This document shows, piece after piece, positions 31,892-42,227 of a DNA stretch of 42,227 nucleotides. The notes beneath the pieces were generated by a model. The model saw only the letters and a program-made list of their open reading frames with translations, did not search any database and was not told the origin of the DNA. The first letter of the stretch is position 1. The number at the start of each line of letters is the position of its first letter. A program made the translations under genes and the position numbers. Origin of the DNA: Macrostomum lignano (taxonomy: Eukaryota). Location: NCBI GenBank assembly GCA_002269645.1, contig NIVC01004552.1:1-42227 (forward strand). The letters are read 5' to 3'.

Positions 31892-34800
31892 GTGCGAATT
31901 TTGTGAACGTTACATAGGGTGAAACCTAGGGTGAATCAGGGAGGGTAGAAACCCACCCCAAAGAATCAGAGAGGGTAGAAACCCACCCCAAAGAATCAGA
32001 GAGGGTAGAAACCCACCCCAAAGAATCAGAGAGGGTAGAAACCCACCCAAAGAATCAGAGAGGGTAGAAACCCACCCCAAAGAATCAGAGAGGGTAGAAA
32101 CCCACCCAAAGAATCAGAGAGGGTAAAAATCCACCCCAAAGAATCAGAGAGGGTAGAAATCCACCCCAAAGAATCAGAGAGGGTAGAAACCCACCCCAAA
32201 GAATCAGAGAGGGTAGAAACCCACCACAAAGAATCAGAGAGGGTAAAAATCCACCCCAAAGAATCAGAGAGGGTAGAAATCCACCCCAAAGAATCAGAGA
32301 GGGTAGAAACCCACCCGAAAGAATCAGAGAGGGTAGAAACCCACCCCAAAGAATCAGAGAGGGTAGAAACCCACCCGAAAGAATCAGAGAGGGTAGAAAC
32401 CCACCTCAAAAATCAGAGAGGGTAGAAATCCACCCCAAAGAATCAGAGAGGGTAGAAACCCACCCCAAAGAATCAGAGAGGGTAATAACCCACCCTGGGG
32501 TTCAGGGAGAGCAGAAACCCACCCTGAAGAATCAGAGGGGTGGAAACCCACCCTGAAGAATCAGAGAGGGTAGAACCCACCCTGAAGAATCAGAGGGTAG
32601 AAACCCACCCCAAAGAATCAGAGAGGGTAGAACCCACCCTGAAAAATCAGAGGTAGAAACCCACCCCAAAGAATCAGAGAGGGTAGAACCCACCCTGAAG
32701 AATCAGAGGGTAGAAACCCACCCCAAAGAATCAGAGAGGGTAATAACCCACCCTGGGGTTCAGGGAGAGCAGAAACCCACCCTGAAGAATCAGAGGGGTG
32801 GAAACCAACCTTGAAGGACCAGAGAGGGTAGAAACCCACCTCTAAAATCAGAGAGGACAGAAACCCACTGTAAAGAATCAGAGAGGGTAGAAACTTCCGC
32901 AGCAAAGTCGTATTAAAATTGCATTGAGTCATTGTCTTCCCCTAACCAAGTGTGTGCACCCACCCCATCCGCCTTCAGGACTATCACTGGCCATCCCAGT
33001 CGCCCTGGCGGACACTTTAGCCTACGGTCGGCCAACTTTATCCCCAATAAATTTGCTTAGCTACAACGTACTCAATTCTGGTTCGCACCTGTATGGAACA
33101 TCGCCTCTGAGCTACTATTTAATGAACTATGCATTGAACTTCACGCCTCTATTGCCGTTGATTCTGATTGCCGGGCTCCTCGCTACGCTGGTTGGTCAAT
33201 CAGCCAGCAGGCAAGATCGCCAACTAAGATGGAAACTTCTTCTTTGGCTGAGCCCATTGCTGCTTTGGAACGCCATCTTCTTCTTGCAGGCGCACAAAGA
33301 GGAGCGGTTTCTTTATCCTTGCTATCCGTTTCTCTGCTTAGCCTTGGCAGTTGCTCTGGAGACCATTAGACACCGTCTGGGCAGCTGGGCTGTGCCCTGC
33401 ATCATTGCCGCTTTCGCCGCGTTCAGCCTGAGTCGAATTTTGGCCACCACTTTGGCTTATCAGAGTCACGTGACTATTTATCATAGATTAGTCGGGCACG
33501 GGCCCGCAGGCAGGCTGTGTCTTGGCAAAGAGTGGCACCGATTCCCCAGTGCCTTCCTGCTGCCTCACGGCTGGTCTGTGGGCTTCGTGCGCTCCGAGTT
33601 CCGGGGGCAGTTGCCGGGTCGGTTCGGACTGGCGGACCAGCCGTTTAACCTGGATAACCGTGAGGAGACGGCCAGGTGAGACGCTTCAAACAGCTAGTTT
33701 GCCAGTATCCTCAAATCTAGAGTGCCATTATCCTCAAATCTAGTTTGCCATTATCATCAAATCTAGTTTGCCATTATCCTCAAATCTAGTTTGCCATTAT
33801 CCTCAAATCTAGTTTGCCATTATCCTCAAATCTAGAGTGCCATTATCCTCAAATCTAGTTTGCCATTATCCTCAAATCTAGAGTGCTATTATCCTCAAAT
33901 CTAGAGGGCCATTATCCTCAAATCTAGTTTGCCATTATCATCAAATCTAGAGTGCCATTTTCATCAAATCTAGAGTGCCATTATCCTCAAATCTAGAGTG
34001 CCATTTTCATCAAATCTAGAGTGCCATTATCCTCAAATTTAGAGTGTCATTATCCTCAAATCTAGAGTGTCATTATTCTCAAATTTAGAGTGCCATTATC
34101 CTCAAATCTAGAGTGCCATTATTATCAAATCTAGAGTGCCATTTTCCTCAAATCTAGAGTGCCATTATCCTCAAATCTAGGGTGCCATTATCATCAAATC
34201 TTGTTTGCCATTATCCTCAAATCTAGAGTGCCGTTATCCTCAAATCTAGCGTGCCGTTATCCTCAAATCTTGTTTGCCATTATCCTCAAATCTAGAGTGC
34301 CGTTATCCTCAAATCTAGCGTGCCGTTATCCTCAAATCTTGTTTGCCATTATCCTCAAATCTAGAGTGCCGTTATCCTCAAATCTAGCGTGCCGTTATCC
34401 TCAAATCTTGTTTGCCATTATCCTCAAATCTAGAGTGCCGTTATCCTCAAATCTAGCGTGCCGTTATCCTCAAATCTTGTTTGCCATTATCCTCAAATCT
34501 AGAGTGCCATTATCCTCAAATCTAGAGTGCCGTTATCCTCAAATCTAGCGTGCCGTTATCCTCAAATCTTGTTTGCCATTATCCTCAAATCTAGAGTGCC
34601 ATTATCCTCAAATCTAGAGTGCCGTTATCCTCAAATCTAGCGTGCCATTATCCTCAAATCTAGAGTGCCAGTATCCTCAAATCTAGAGTGCCATTATTCT
34701 CAAATCTAGCGTGCCATTATCATCAAATCTTGTTTGCCATTATCCTCAAATCTAGAGTGCCATTTTCAAATCTAGTGTGCCATTTTCAAATCTAGTGTGC

Positions 34801-35143
34801 CATTTTCGAATCTAGTGTGCCATTTTCTAAGCTAGTAAGGTATTGAAATCTAGCGTGTCATTTAAAGATTTAAGACAACGCTATGACTCCAATCCTGCAG
34901 ATACCTGAACGTCACATCCGACTGCGACTACTTGATTGACAAGCGCAGCAACGAGCTGGATTTTGTCCGCTACACAGAGCTGGAGCCTGACTACCTGGCA
35001 ACTGGTGACTGGCAACTACTTGAAGATTTACCAATCCTCGAGCCGGACAAGTCGCACGACTGTTCAGAGCATTTTACCTGCCGTGGCTGTTTGAACGAAG
35101 CGTCCGATTTTCTAGCTACGTGCTGCTTCGGCGAGTCACGTGA
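31252..35143 (+). CDS. ALG9: Alpha-1,2-mannosyltransferase ALG9 (GT22), 3 exons, with a 1-bp frameshift at ~35057
   Basis: Exons 31252-31891, 32979-33675 and 34901-35143. Motifs DCDETYNYWEP, GFQTWEYSPQYALRSY, HKEERFLYPCYP, CLGKEWHRFPSAF, EFRGQLPG, DCDYLID; SHRLFRAFYLP appears after a frame change. Confidence 0.93.
31935..32902. repeat. ~30-bp minisatellite (GAATCAGAGAGGGTAGAAACCCACCCCAAA) in ALG9 intron 1
   Basis: Direct reading. Confidence 0.96.
32979..33675 (+). CDS. ALG9: ALG9 exon 2
   Basis: Acceptor gccttcag|, donor AG|gtgaga, phases consistent. Confidence 0.92.
33700..34860. repeat. 23-bp minisatellite (GTGCCATTATCCTCAAATCTAGA) in ALG9 intron 2
   Basis: Direct reading; 69-bp higher-order block at ~34200-34600. 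Confidence 0.96.
34901..35143 (+). CDS. ALG9: ALG9 exon 3 (frameshift at ~35057)
   Basis: Acceptor cctgcag|, RYLNVTSDCDYLID...LEPDKSH then RLFRAFYLPWLFERSVRFSSYVLLRRVT* in the shifted frame. Confidence 0.8.
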
Positions 35144-35508
35144 TGTCTTGAACTTGTCGAGTGGATTCTTATATAAGCTCTTTATGGGTGTTAGATTTAG
35201 TATTTAACTTAATTTTAACAATAATGCTGCAGTGCCAAGGTTCTGCCTTTTTTCCTTTCTATCGCGTCTTTTTCGTAGTTTTAATTGTTAGCATGCATTA
35301 CAATTCGTTGAATTGTTACAATACACGGCTATTATGAGTAGTACTATAGGCATTTTCATTGCATGCAGTCCTTGTGCAGTGCGTACTGGCACATTGGAAT
35401 TTATTGGAATTATCAAACAGTTGGAACAGTTTGTATTCGCTTTTATTTCTAACACACTGTCGCTTTAAAGGGCTGAATATTCCTTCGGTTCTTACTGCGC
35501 CACCGCCA

Positions 35509-36734
35509 GTCTCCCAGATCCTCAGTTGCTGGGCCAGCCTCCCATAGTATCAGTTGCTGGGCCAGCCTCCCATAGTATCAGTTGCTGGGCCAGCCTCCCA
35601 TAGTATCAGTTGCTGGGCCAGCCTCCCAAATCCTCAGTTGCTGGACCAGCCTCCCAGATCCTCAGTTGCTGAGCCAGCCTCCCATAGTATCAGTTGCTGG
35701 GCCAGCCTCCCAAATCCTCAGTTGCTGGACCAGCCTCCCAGATCCTCAGTCGCTGGGCCAGCCTCCCATAGTATCAGTTGCTGGGCCAGCCTCCCAGATC
35801 CTCAGTTGCTGGGCCAGCCTCCCATAGTATCAGTTGCTGGGCCAGCATCCCAGATCCTCAGTTGCTGGGCCAGCCTCTCAGATCCTCAGTTGCTGGACCA
35901 GCCTCCCAGATCCTCAGTTGCTAAGCCAGCCTCAGATCCTCAGTTGCTGGACCAGCCTCCCAGATCCTCAGTTGCTGGGCCAGCCTCTCAGATCCTCAGT
36001 TGCTGGACCAGCCTCCCAGATCCTCAGTTGCTGGGCCAGTCTCCCAGATCCTTAGTTGCTGGGCCAGCCTCCCAGATCCTCAGTTGCTGGACCAGCCTCC
36101 CAGATCCTCAGTTGCTGGGCCAGCCTCTCAGATCCTCAGTTGCTGGACCAGTCTCCCAGATCCTCAGTTGCTGGGCCAGTCTCCCAGATCCTCAGTTGCT
36201 GGACCAGCCTCCCAGATCCTCAGTTGCTGGCCAGCCTCCCAGATCCTCAGTTGCTGGGCCAGCCTCCCATAGTATCAGTTGCTGGCCAGCCTCTCAGATC
36301 CTCAGTTGCTGGACCAGCCTCCCAGATCCTCGGTTGCTGGGCCACCAGCCTCCCAGATCCTCAGTTGATGGGCCAGCATCCCAGATCCTCAGTTGCTGGA
36401 CCAGCCTCCATAGTATCAGTTGCTGGACCAGCCTCCCAGATCCTCAGTTGCTGGGCCAGTCTCCCAGATCCTCAGTTGCTGGACCAGCATCCCAGATCCT
36501 CAGTTGCTGGGCCAGTCTCCCAGATCCTCAGTTGCTGGACCAGCATCCCATAGTATCAGTTGCTGGACCAGCCTCCCAGATCCTCAGTTGATGGGCCAGC
36601 CTCCGAGATCTTCAGTTGCTGGGCCAGCCTCCGAGATCCTCAGTTGCTGGGCCAGCCTCCAGATTCTCAGTTGCTGGGCCAGTCTCCCATAGTATCAGTT
36701 GCTGGGCCAGTTTCCCAGATCCTCAGTTGCTGGA
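35509..36734. repeat. 28-bp minisatellite (CAGTTGCTGGGCCAGCCTCCCAGATCCT), ~44 copies
   Basis: Direct reading. Confidence 0.96.
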
Positions 36735-37423
36735 GCCACCGCCACCCTCCACATTCCAGGCTGGTCCAACAATCAGCTTCATTCAAATATAAAATACAGT
36801 AGAAGTCTCACTGTGCTACTCATACTACTGAGCACTCATTTTTGGCGATAGTAGTACACCAACCTTCAAGCATTGTCTATACATATACACTTTTAATGCT
36901 TGTCTACAATCTGGGCTTCTAATCAAGTAAACATTTTCATTGTCAAAGTTTCATGCATGAGACTAAATGGCTTACAAAGATAGAAAAACAGTGCACATTA
37001 TTCCCTTTGAGTATGGCTGTGTATATTTATATTTATATAATTTGACACTTGCCTTCAAAGGTTTCTTCCAAAGAAGTGACGAAATTAAGGCAACAATGTT
37101 AGAGGATCATAACTGTGACAACAACATTAGGGAGCGGGTGTATGAACTTGTTCTTTCATTGAGAGTTAGTTAAACAAATATGCAATAGAGAAACTGTGAT
37201 GGGGTGACACTTAGTCAATTATAATAATATAAATGTTTGTAAAGTGCTTTATCTTACACAGTGCACGGGTCTAGCTAACAGATGTGGGCGTGATTGCAGT
37301 TTAACAAAAGTATATTTGCTACCTTTGTTGTTTAGTTGCCAAGGAGATTGAATTGATTTGGTACGCCAAGTATTTTCTTATCTATTTCTAAAATCTCAAA
37401 ATAGTTTATCCTGAAAAAAAAAA

Positions 37424-39100
37424 GTCTCTCCTTGTCTGTCTTTCCTTGTCTGTCTCTCCCTGTCTGTCTCCCTGTCTGTCTCTCCCTGTCTGTCTCTCCT
37501 TGTCTGTCTCTCCTTGTCTGTCTCTCCTTGTCTGTCTCTCCTTGTCTGTCTCCCTGTCTGTATCTCCCTGTCTGTCTCTCCTTGTCTGTCTGTCTCTCCT
37601 TGTCTGTCTCCCTGTCTGTCTCTCCCTGTCTGTCTCTCCTTGTCTGTCTCTCCTTGTCTGTCTCTCCTTGTCTGTCTTTCACTGTCTGTCTCAGTGGCTG
37701 TGTCTCAGTGTTTGTGTCTCTCTGTCTGTCTCTCACTGTCTGTGACTCACTGTCTGTTCTCCTTGTCTGTCTCTCCCTGTCTGTCTCTCACTGTCTGTCT
37801 CTCCCTGTCTGTCTCTCACTGTCTGTGTCTCACTGTCTGTCTTTCGCTGTCTGTCTCTCACTGTCTGTGTCTCACTGTCTGTCTCTCACTGTCTGTCTCT
37901 CACTGTCTGTCTCTCACTGTCTGTCTCTCACTGTCTGTCTCTCACTGTTTGTCTCTCACTGTCTGTCTCTCACTGTCTGTCTCTCTCTGCCTGTCTGTCC
38001 CTGTTTGTCTCTCACTGTCTGTCTCTCACTGTCTGTCTCTCACTGTCTGTCTCAGTGGCTGTGTCTCAGTGTTTGTGTCTCTCTGTCTGTCTCTCACTGT
38101 CTGTGACTCACTGTCTGTCTCTCCTTGTCTGTCTCTCCTTGTCTGTCTCTCCTTGTCTGTGTCTCACTTTCTGTCTGTCCCTGTCTGTCTCTCTCTGCCT
38201 GTCTGTCCCTGTTTGTCTCTCACTGTCTGTCTCCTTGTCTGTCTTTCACTGTCTGTCTCAGTGGCTGTGTCTCACTTTCTGTCTGTCCCTGTCTGTCTCT
38301 CACTGTCTGTCTCTCACTTCTGTCTCTCCTGTCTGTCTCTCACTGTCTGTCTCGCTGTCTGTCTCTCCTGTCTGTCTCTCACTGTCTGTGTCTCACTGTC
38401 TGTCTCTCACTGTCTGTCTCTCACTGTCTGTCTCTCACTGTCTGTCTCTCACTGTCTGTCTCTCACTGTTTGTCTCTCACTGTCTGTCTCTCACTGTCTG
38501 TCTCTCTCTGCCTGTCTGTCCCTGTCTGTCTCTCACTGTCTGTCTCTCACTGTCTGTCTCTCACTGTCTGTCTCTCACTGTCTGTCTCTCACTGTCTGTC
38601 TCTCACTGTCTGTCTCTCACTGTCTGTCTCTCACTGTCTGTCTCTCACTGTCTGTCTCTCACTGTTTGTCTCTCACTGTCTGTCTCTCACTGTCTGTCTC
38701 TCACTGTCTGTCTCTCACTGTCTGTCTCTCTCTGCCTGTCTGTCCCTGTTTGTCTCTCACTGTCTGTCTCTCTCTGCCTGTCTGTCCCTGTTTGTCTCTC
38801 ACTGTCTGTCTCTCACTGTCTGTCTCTCTCTGCCTGTCTGTCCCTGTTTGTCTCACTGTCTGTCTCTCACTGTCTGTCTCTCACTGTCTGTCTCTCACTG
38901 TCTGTGTCTCACTGTCTGTGTCTCACTGTCTGTGTCTCACTGTCTGTGTCTCCCTGTCTGTGTCTCCCTGTCTGTCTCACACTGTCTTCTCTCCCAGTCT
39001 GTCTCTCACACTGTCTGTCTTTCGCTGTCTGCCTCTCACTTTGTGTCTCTCCCTGTCTTTATCCGCATGTCTGTCTCTCCCTGTGTGTCTTTCCGTCTTT
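37424..39100. repeat. Pyrimidine-rich compound microsatellite, ~14-bp unit (CTGTCTGTCTCTCA / CTTGTCTGTCTCTC)
   Basis: Direct reading. Confidence 0.95.
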
Positions 39101-39439
39101 CGCTCACCATTTATCTTTAATTTGAATGCCTCCCAGTCTGTATTATTTTCAAAAATTGTTAAATTTACCTGTTTACCTTTACATTCTACTCTGCTCTCTA
39201 GCTATACTCATTTTCTCTACCATAACAATGACTTTTTATTGACAGATGACTGACAAAATTGCATGCACTTTAGATTATCATATGCTATATGATGTTTTTG
39301 TGTATGATAATTAGCAAATTAAATTTGGCTTCTCCCTGTTTCGCAAAACTGTATAAAAATGAGACTCATCATGCTTGCGAATGAATGAACATACAGCTGA
39401 TTGGAATTGCTCAAAAAGTTTCTCAGGTGCGCATCAGAA

Positions 39440-41792
39440 TTAGTAGGCTCTACTCAGGTGGCTTGAGTCCAAGTCGACCTGAAGCATATTCCTCGTGGGC
39501 GGTCGGGTCAGGTCAATATTGATGGTCTCGCTGGTGCTGGCCTCGAGGTCCATGGACGCGTTGTCGCGAATCCGCACCTTCTGCGCTCCGGGCTGCTGAC
39601 TGCCGCTCACCGCGGCGCTCCTGTAGAAGCAGTGATTGAGGAACAGGCCGTAGCTGGCGATGACCAGCACCGTGCCCGCAACCAGGTACTCCTTCTTGGC
39701 CAGGGTGGTGCCCACGATCAGACAGGTGACTCCGCGATGGCAACCAGAGCGATGAGGTGCAGGTAGTTAGATGGATGACGATGGCGCACTCCTGGAAGCT
39801 GCAACAGCGCAGGCGATTGAACCAGCGACGCGACTGCGGGCCTTGCAGGGTGTCGGAGCGCCTGCTGAAACAGTTTGCAGAGTCTTCAGCCAATCATCCC
39901 GGCCGAGGCGGACGCCAGGATGCCGTCCTGCAGCGACTGCGAGCTCTCGGAGCTGGCCGCGTCTTCGTCATCGTCGCCGTCTTGGTCCTCCTCGTTTGCG
40001 TCGGCGTCAGCAGGTGCATCTGTCGCGGCTTCGATGAGCGCTGAGCCAGACGGTGTCTCGTAGGTTGTTGACGGGTCCCAGCTGATCTGCTTGCGCAACG
40101 GCTGATGATGCTGATGCGGATGTTGAGAGGGCCGCTAGCGCTCAGACTGGGCGCGTGCTCAGCTGGGAAGCCAGTGGTTGCGGCCTGTGAGAATTAAAGG
40201 ATTGATTGTTTAGCACCTTTGTTGAAGTACTTCATACAGCAATGCTTAAGGTACCTGAAATTACAGGTTGTTTGTTCATCACTCATTCATCACTACGAAT
40301 GAGGGACAGCTTTTGAAGTCAATCAAACAGTTAATTAGTTAATAATTAAAACTATTTGTTGATGAATTTTCACGTTTTCTTTTTAAATAAGGGCACTTTA
40401 CTACCACGTAAGTTCATACATTGCGTCTCACAACCATGCAGTGCTGAGGCATACGTTAATTACGAGTACAAATGTTATACTCAATCGTTCTGGCAAAAGT
40501 TTGGCCATAGACTAGCCTCAAATATCTTCATTTCGGCCCCTCCTAGATGCAGGGCTAAGCAAAGTATGCAGTTTTCGATATACCATCTTTACAATAGACT
40601 ATAATCCCGGGCTTGAATCGTTGGCCGAATCGAGTGCAAAAAACTGGGGTGGGGGGGGCTTCGCTCCCACATTTCAACCATAGATAAAATCAACCAGAGT
40701 CTGACTAAAGTTAAGTAGTGGATATCAAATTCTTTTCATTCTGAATTTAACTTCGTATTTTGTCAACCTGCTAAGCCAGAGAAAAATGATCAATTTTTCA
40801 AGAATTGCGACTGGAGATATCTCCGGATTTGACACTCTATGGATGAAAATCAAGGCTGTAACAGGTCAGTGTTCAGTTGTTTTTGTACTGTGCTAAGTTA
40901 TAGATTATAGCATCACTCTAAAGAAACCGATTTTTTGTAGGTCATCGCCGCGATGAATCCGTCAATCGATACACCAAGCGCATCTCTGAGAAAGAGAAAG
41001 ATCCCAGGTTTCTCGCAGTCTCTCCACTCAGAGTCGAAGATGTCGAAGGTGGTTTCAATGGAGCACCGCCAGACGGAGTACAATGAGCCTGGCCCGTCGC
41101 GCAACCCAATAGCTACTCTGGAGAAGGATGGAGCTAAAATTAGCTTCTTCTTGTAAAAGAGGCAAGCGGTGAATGGAAGCAAGATGTGAACTGTAACGGA
41201 CAATGAATTTTGCTAGCAATGTATGTGACAGTTTGGTTTGAAGGTTGGAGTTTAAGAATATAGCATGAATCTGTGCAAAGCTAAGATTTTCTCACCTTTC
41301 AGCCGAATTCGTGGCGGAGCCAGACTGCTGCCAGCGGTTGTCGGTAATCGCTGCCGTTCTTGACGATTGGAGCTGCTAGACGCCTGTTCCAGTGGACTGT
41401 GCCGGTCTCCGTTAGTCACGACCACCGCCGCTGCTGCTCCAACATCAGCCGTCGCGGCGCCGCCACCCGAGCTTTCTTGTCGCTCTCCAGCACGTCGTGC
41501 AGGCGTTGCATTTTCTCTCTTCAAGCAGGCCAACTTCGGCCACGAGGTCTCGAAACGCTGCCGCGTCCATGCGGATCTGGCGACCCTGGCGCGCCAGGGC
41601 GAGCTCTTTAAAGTGCAACTTGGCCGCGAAGCCGAGCAGCAGCTCGTCTAATTGGCCGCGAGCCGCGGACGGCTGCGAGTTGGTCGCGCAGGCGCGTCAG
41701 CTGTCGCTCCTGGACAGCCAGCCGGCCAGAGGCGCGGCCAGCTGCTGCCGCAGCAGATTGGCGCTGTCTGCTAGGAGAAGATCAACTGCCAT
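39440..41792 (-). CDS. Uncharacterised gene: N-terminal coiled coil, acidic/low-complexity middle, two C-terminal TM helices; several frameshifts
   Basis: GC-rich exons ~41296-41792 (donor G|gtgag) and 39440-40184 (acceptor ttctcacag|). Segments QERQLTRLRDQL, LDELLLGFAAKLHFKELALARQ, MQRLHDVLESD, LRKQISWDPS, YLHLIALVAIA-GVTCLIVG and YLVAGTVLVIASYGLFL lie in different frames. Confidence 0.55.
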
Positions 41793-42227
41793 TGCCTGCA
41801 CGCTTCCTTTTTGGTATTGCCCTGCTAGTAAAGCGAGCTGTCGTTTCCCAACTCAAATGGTGGAGGAAGAGGTGGGGTGGCTTTGAGTAGTGCTTAAACT
41901 GCGCCAGCCGCTTATCGCTTCAGTCACGGTGCGGTCTCGGAGTTCACAATAAAATAAGCGAATTAGCCGCTTTAGTCAGTTGGTTTCAATAAGCGTATCA
42001 GTTTCAATCGATCCTCCGCTCTGTCAGAGGTGCAAGATCTGTTTAGTGCGCGCGAGTGGCCTAAATGAACTGAATGAGTATAATAATGCAGTCAGAAGGG
42101 AGTGGAGTGGATCAGGAAAGCTCAAGGGTAAGGAGGATCACACACACACACACCAGGATTTATGAGAGGGATTTCTAGAGCTTGGAGCGTCGTTGGCTCT
42201 TATAAAGCAATGAATTAAGTTAGAAAA

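Noticed and set aside
37332-39253. Cys/Leu/Ser/Val-rich long ORFs resembling membrane proteins
   Set aside because: Products of the CTGT/CTCA compound microsatellite.
40913-41203. Two overlapping short ORFs in the intron of the last gene
   Set aside because: No motifs and no consistent splice sites; possibly a TE fragment but unsupported.

Overview
Eukaryotic (animal) genomic DNA: intron-containing genes with GC-rich exons, and about one third of the window (~14 kb, hand estimate) made of micro- and minisatellite arrays. The style fits a free-living flatworm such as Macrostomum, but that is an unverified guess. Four protein-coding genes could be reconstructed from GT-AG junctions. (1) The 5' part of a secreted large lipid transfer protein (vitellogenin/apolipophorin/apoB-like), minus strand, running off the left edge, with many single-base frameshifts near the edge. 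(2) A complete, frame-intact 10-exon ether-a-go-go (Eag/KCNH1-type, Kv10) K+ channel, minus strand, 8352-28862, about 1119 aa. (3) A 3-exon ALG9 alpha-1,2-mannosyltransferase, plus strand, 31252-35143, head-to-head with eag, with one 1-bp frameshift in the last exon. (4) An unidentified coiled-coil plus two-TM gene, minus strand, 39440-41792, with several frameshifts. Mobile DNA: an internally deleted Tc1/mariner element with ~153-bp TIRs that keeps its DNA-binding-domain ORF, three copies of a hAT-type MITE carrying about 1, 8 and 34 copies of an internal 21-bp repeat, a CORE-type tRNA-derived SINE, and two copies of a second tRNA-derived SINE. No CRISPR array, rRNA or true tRNA gene was seen. 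I found no convincing wholly new biological system; the most notable signals concern how minisatellites arise inside MITEs and fill introns.
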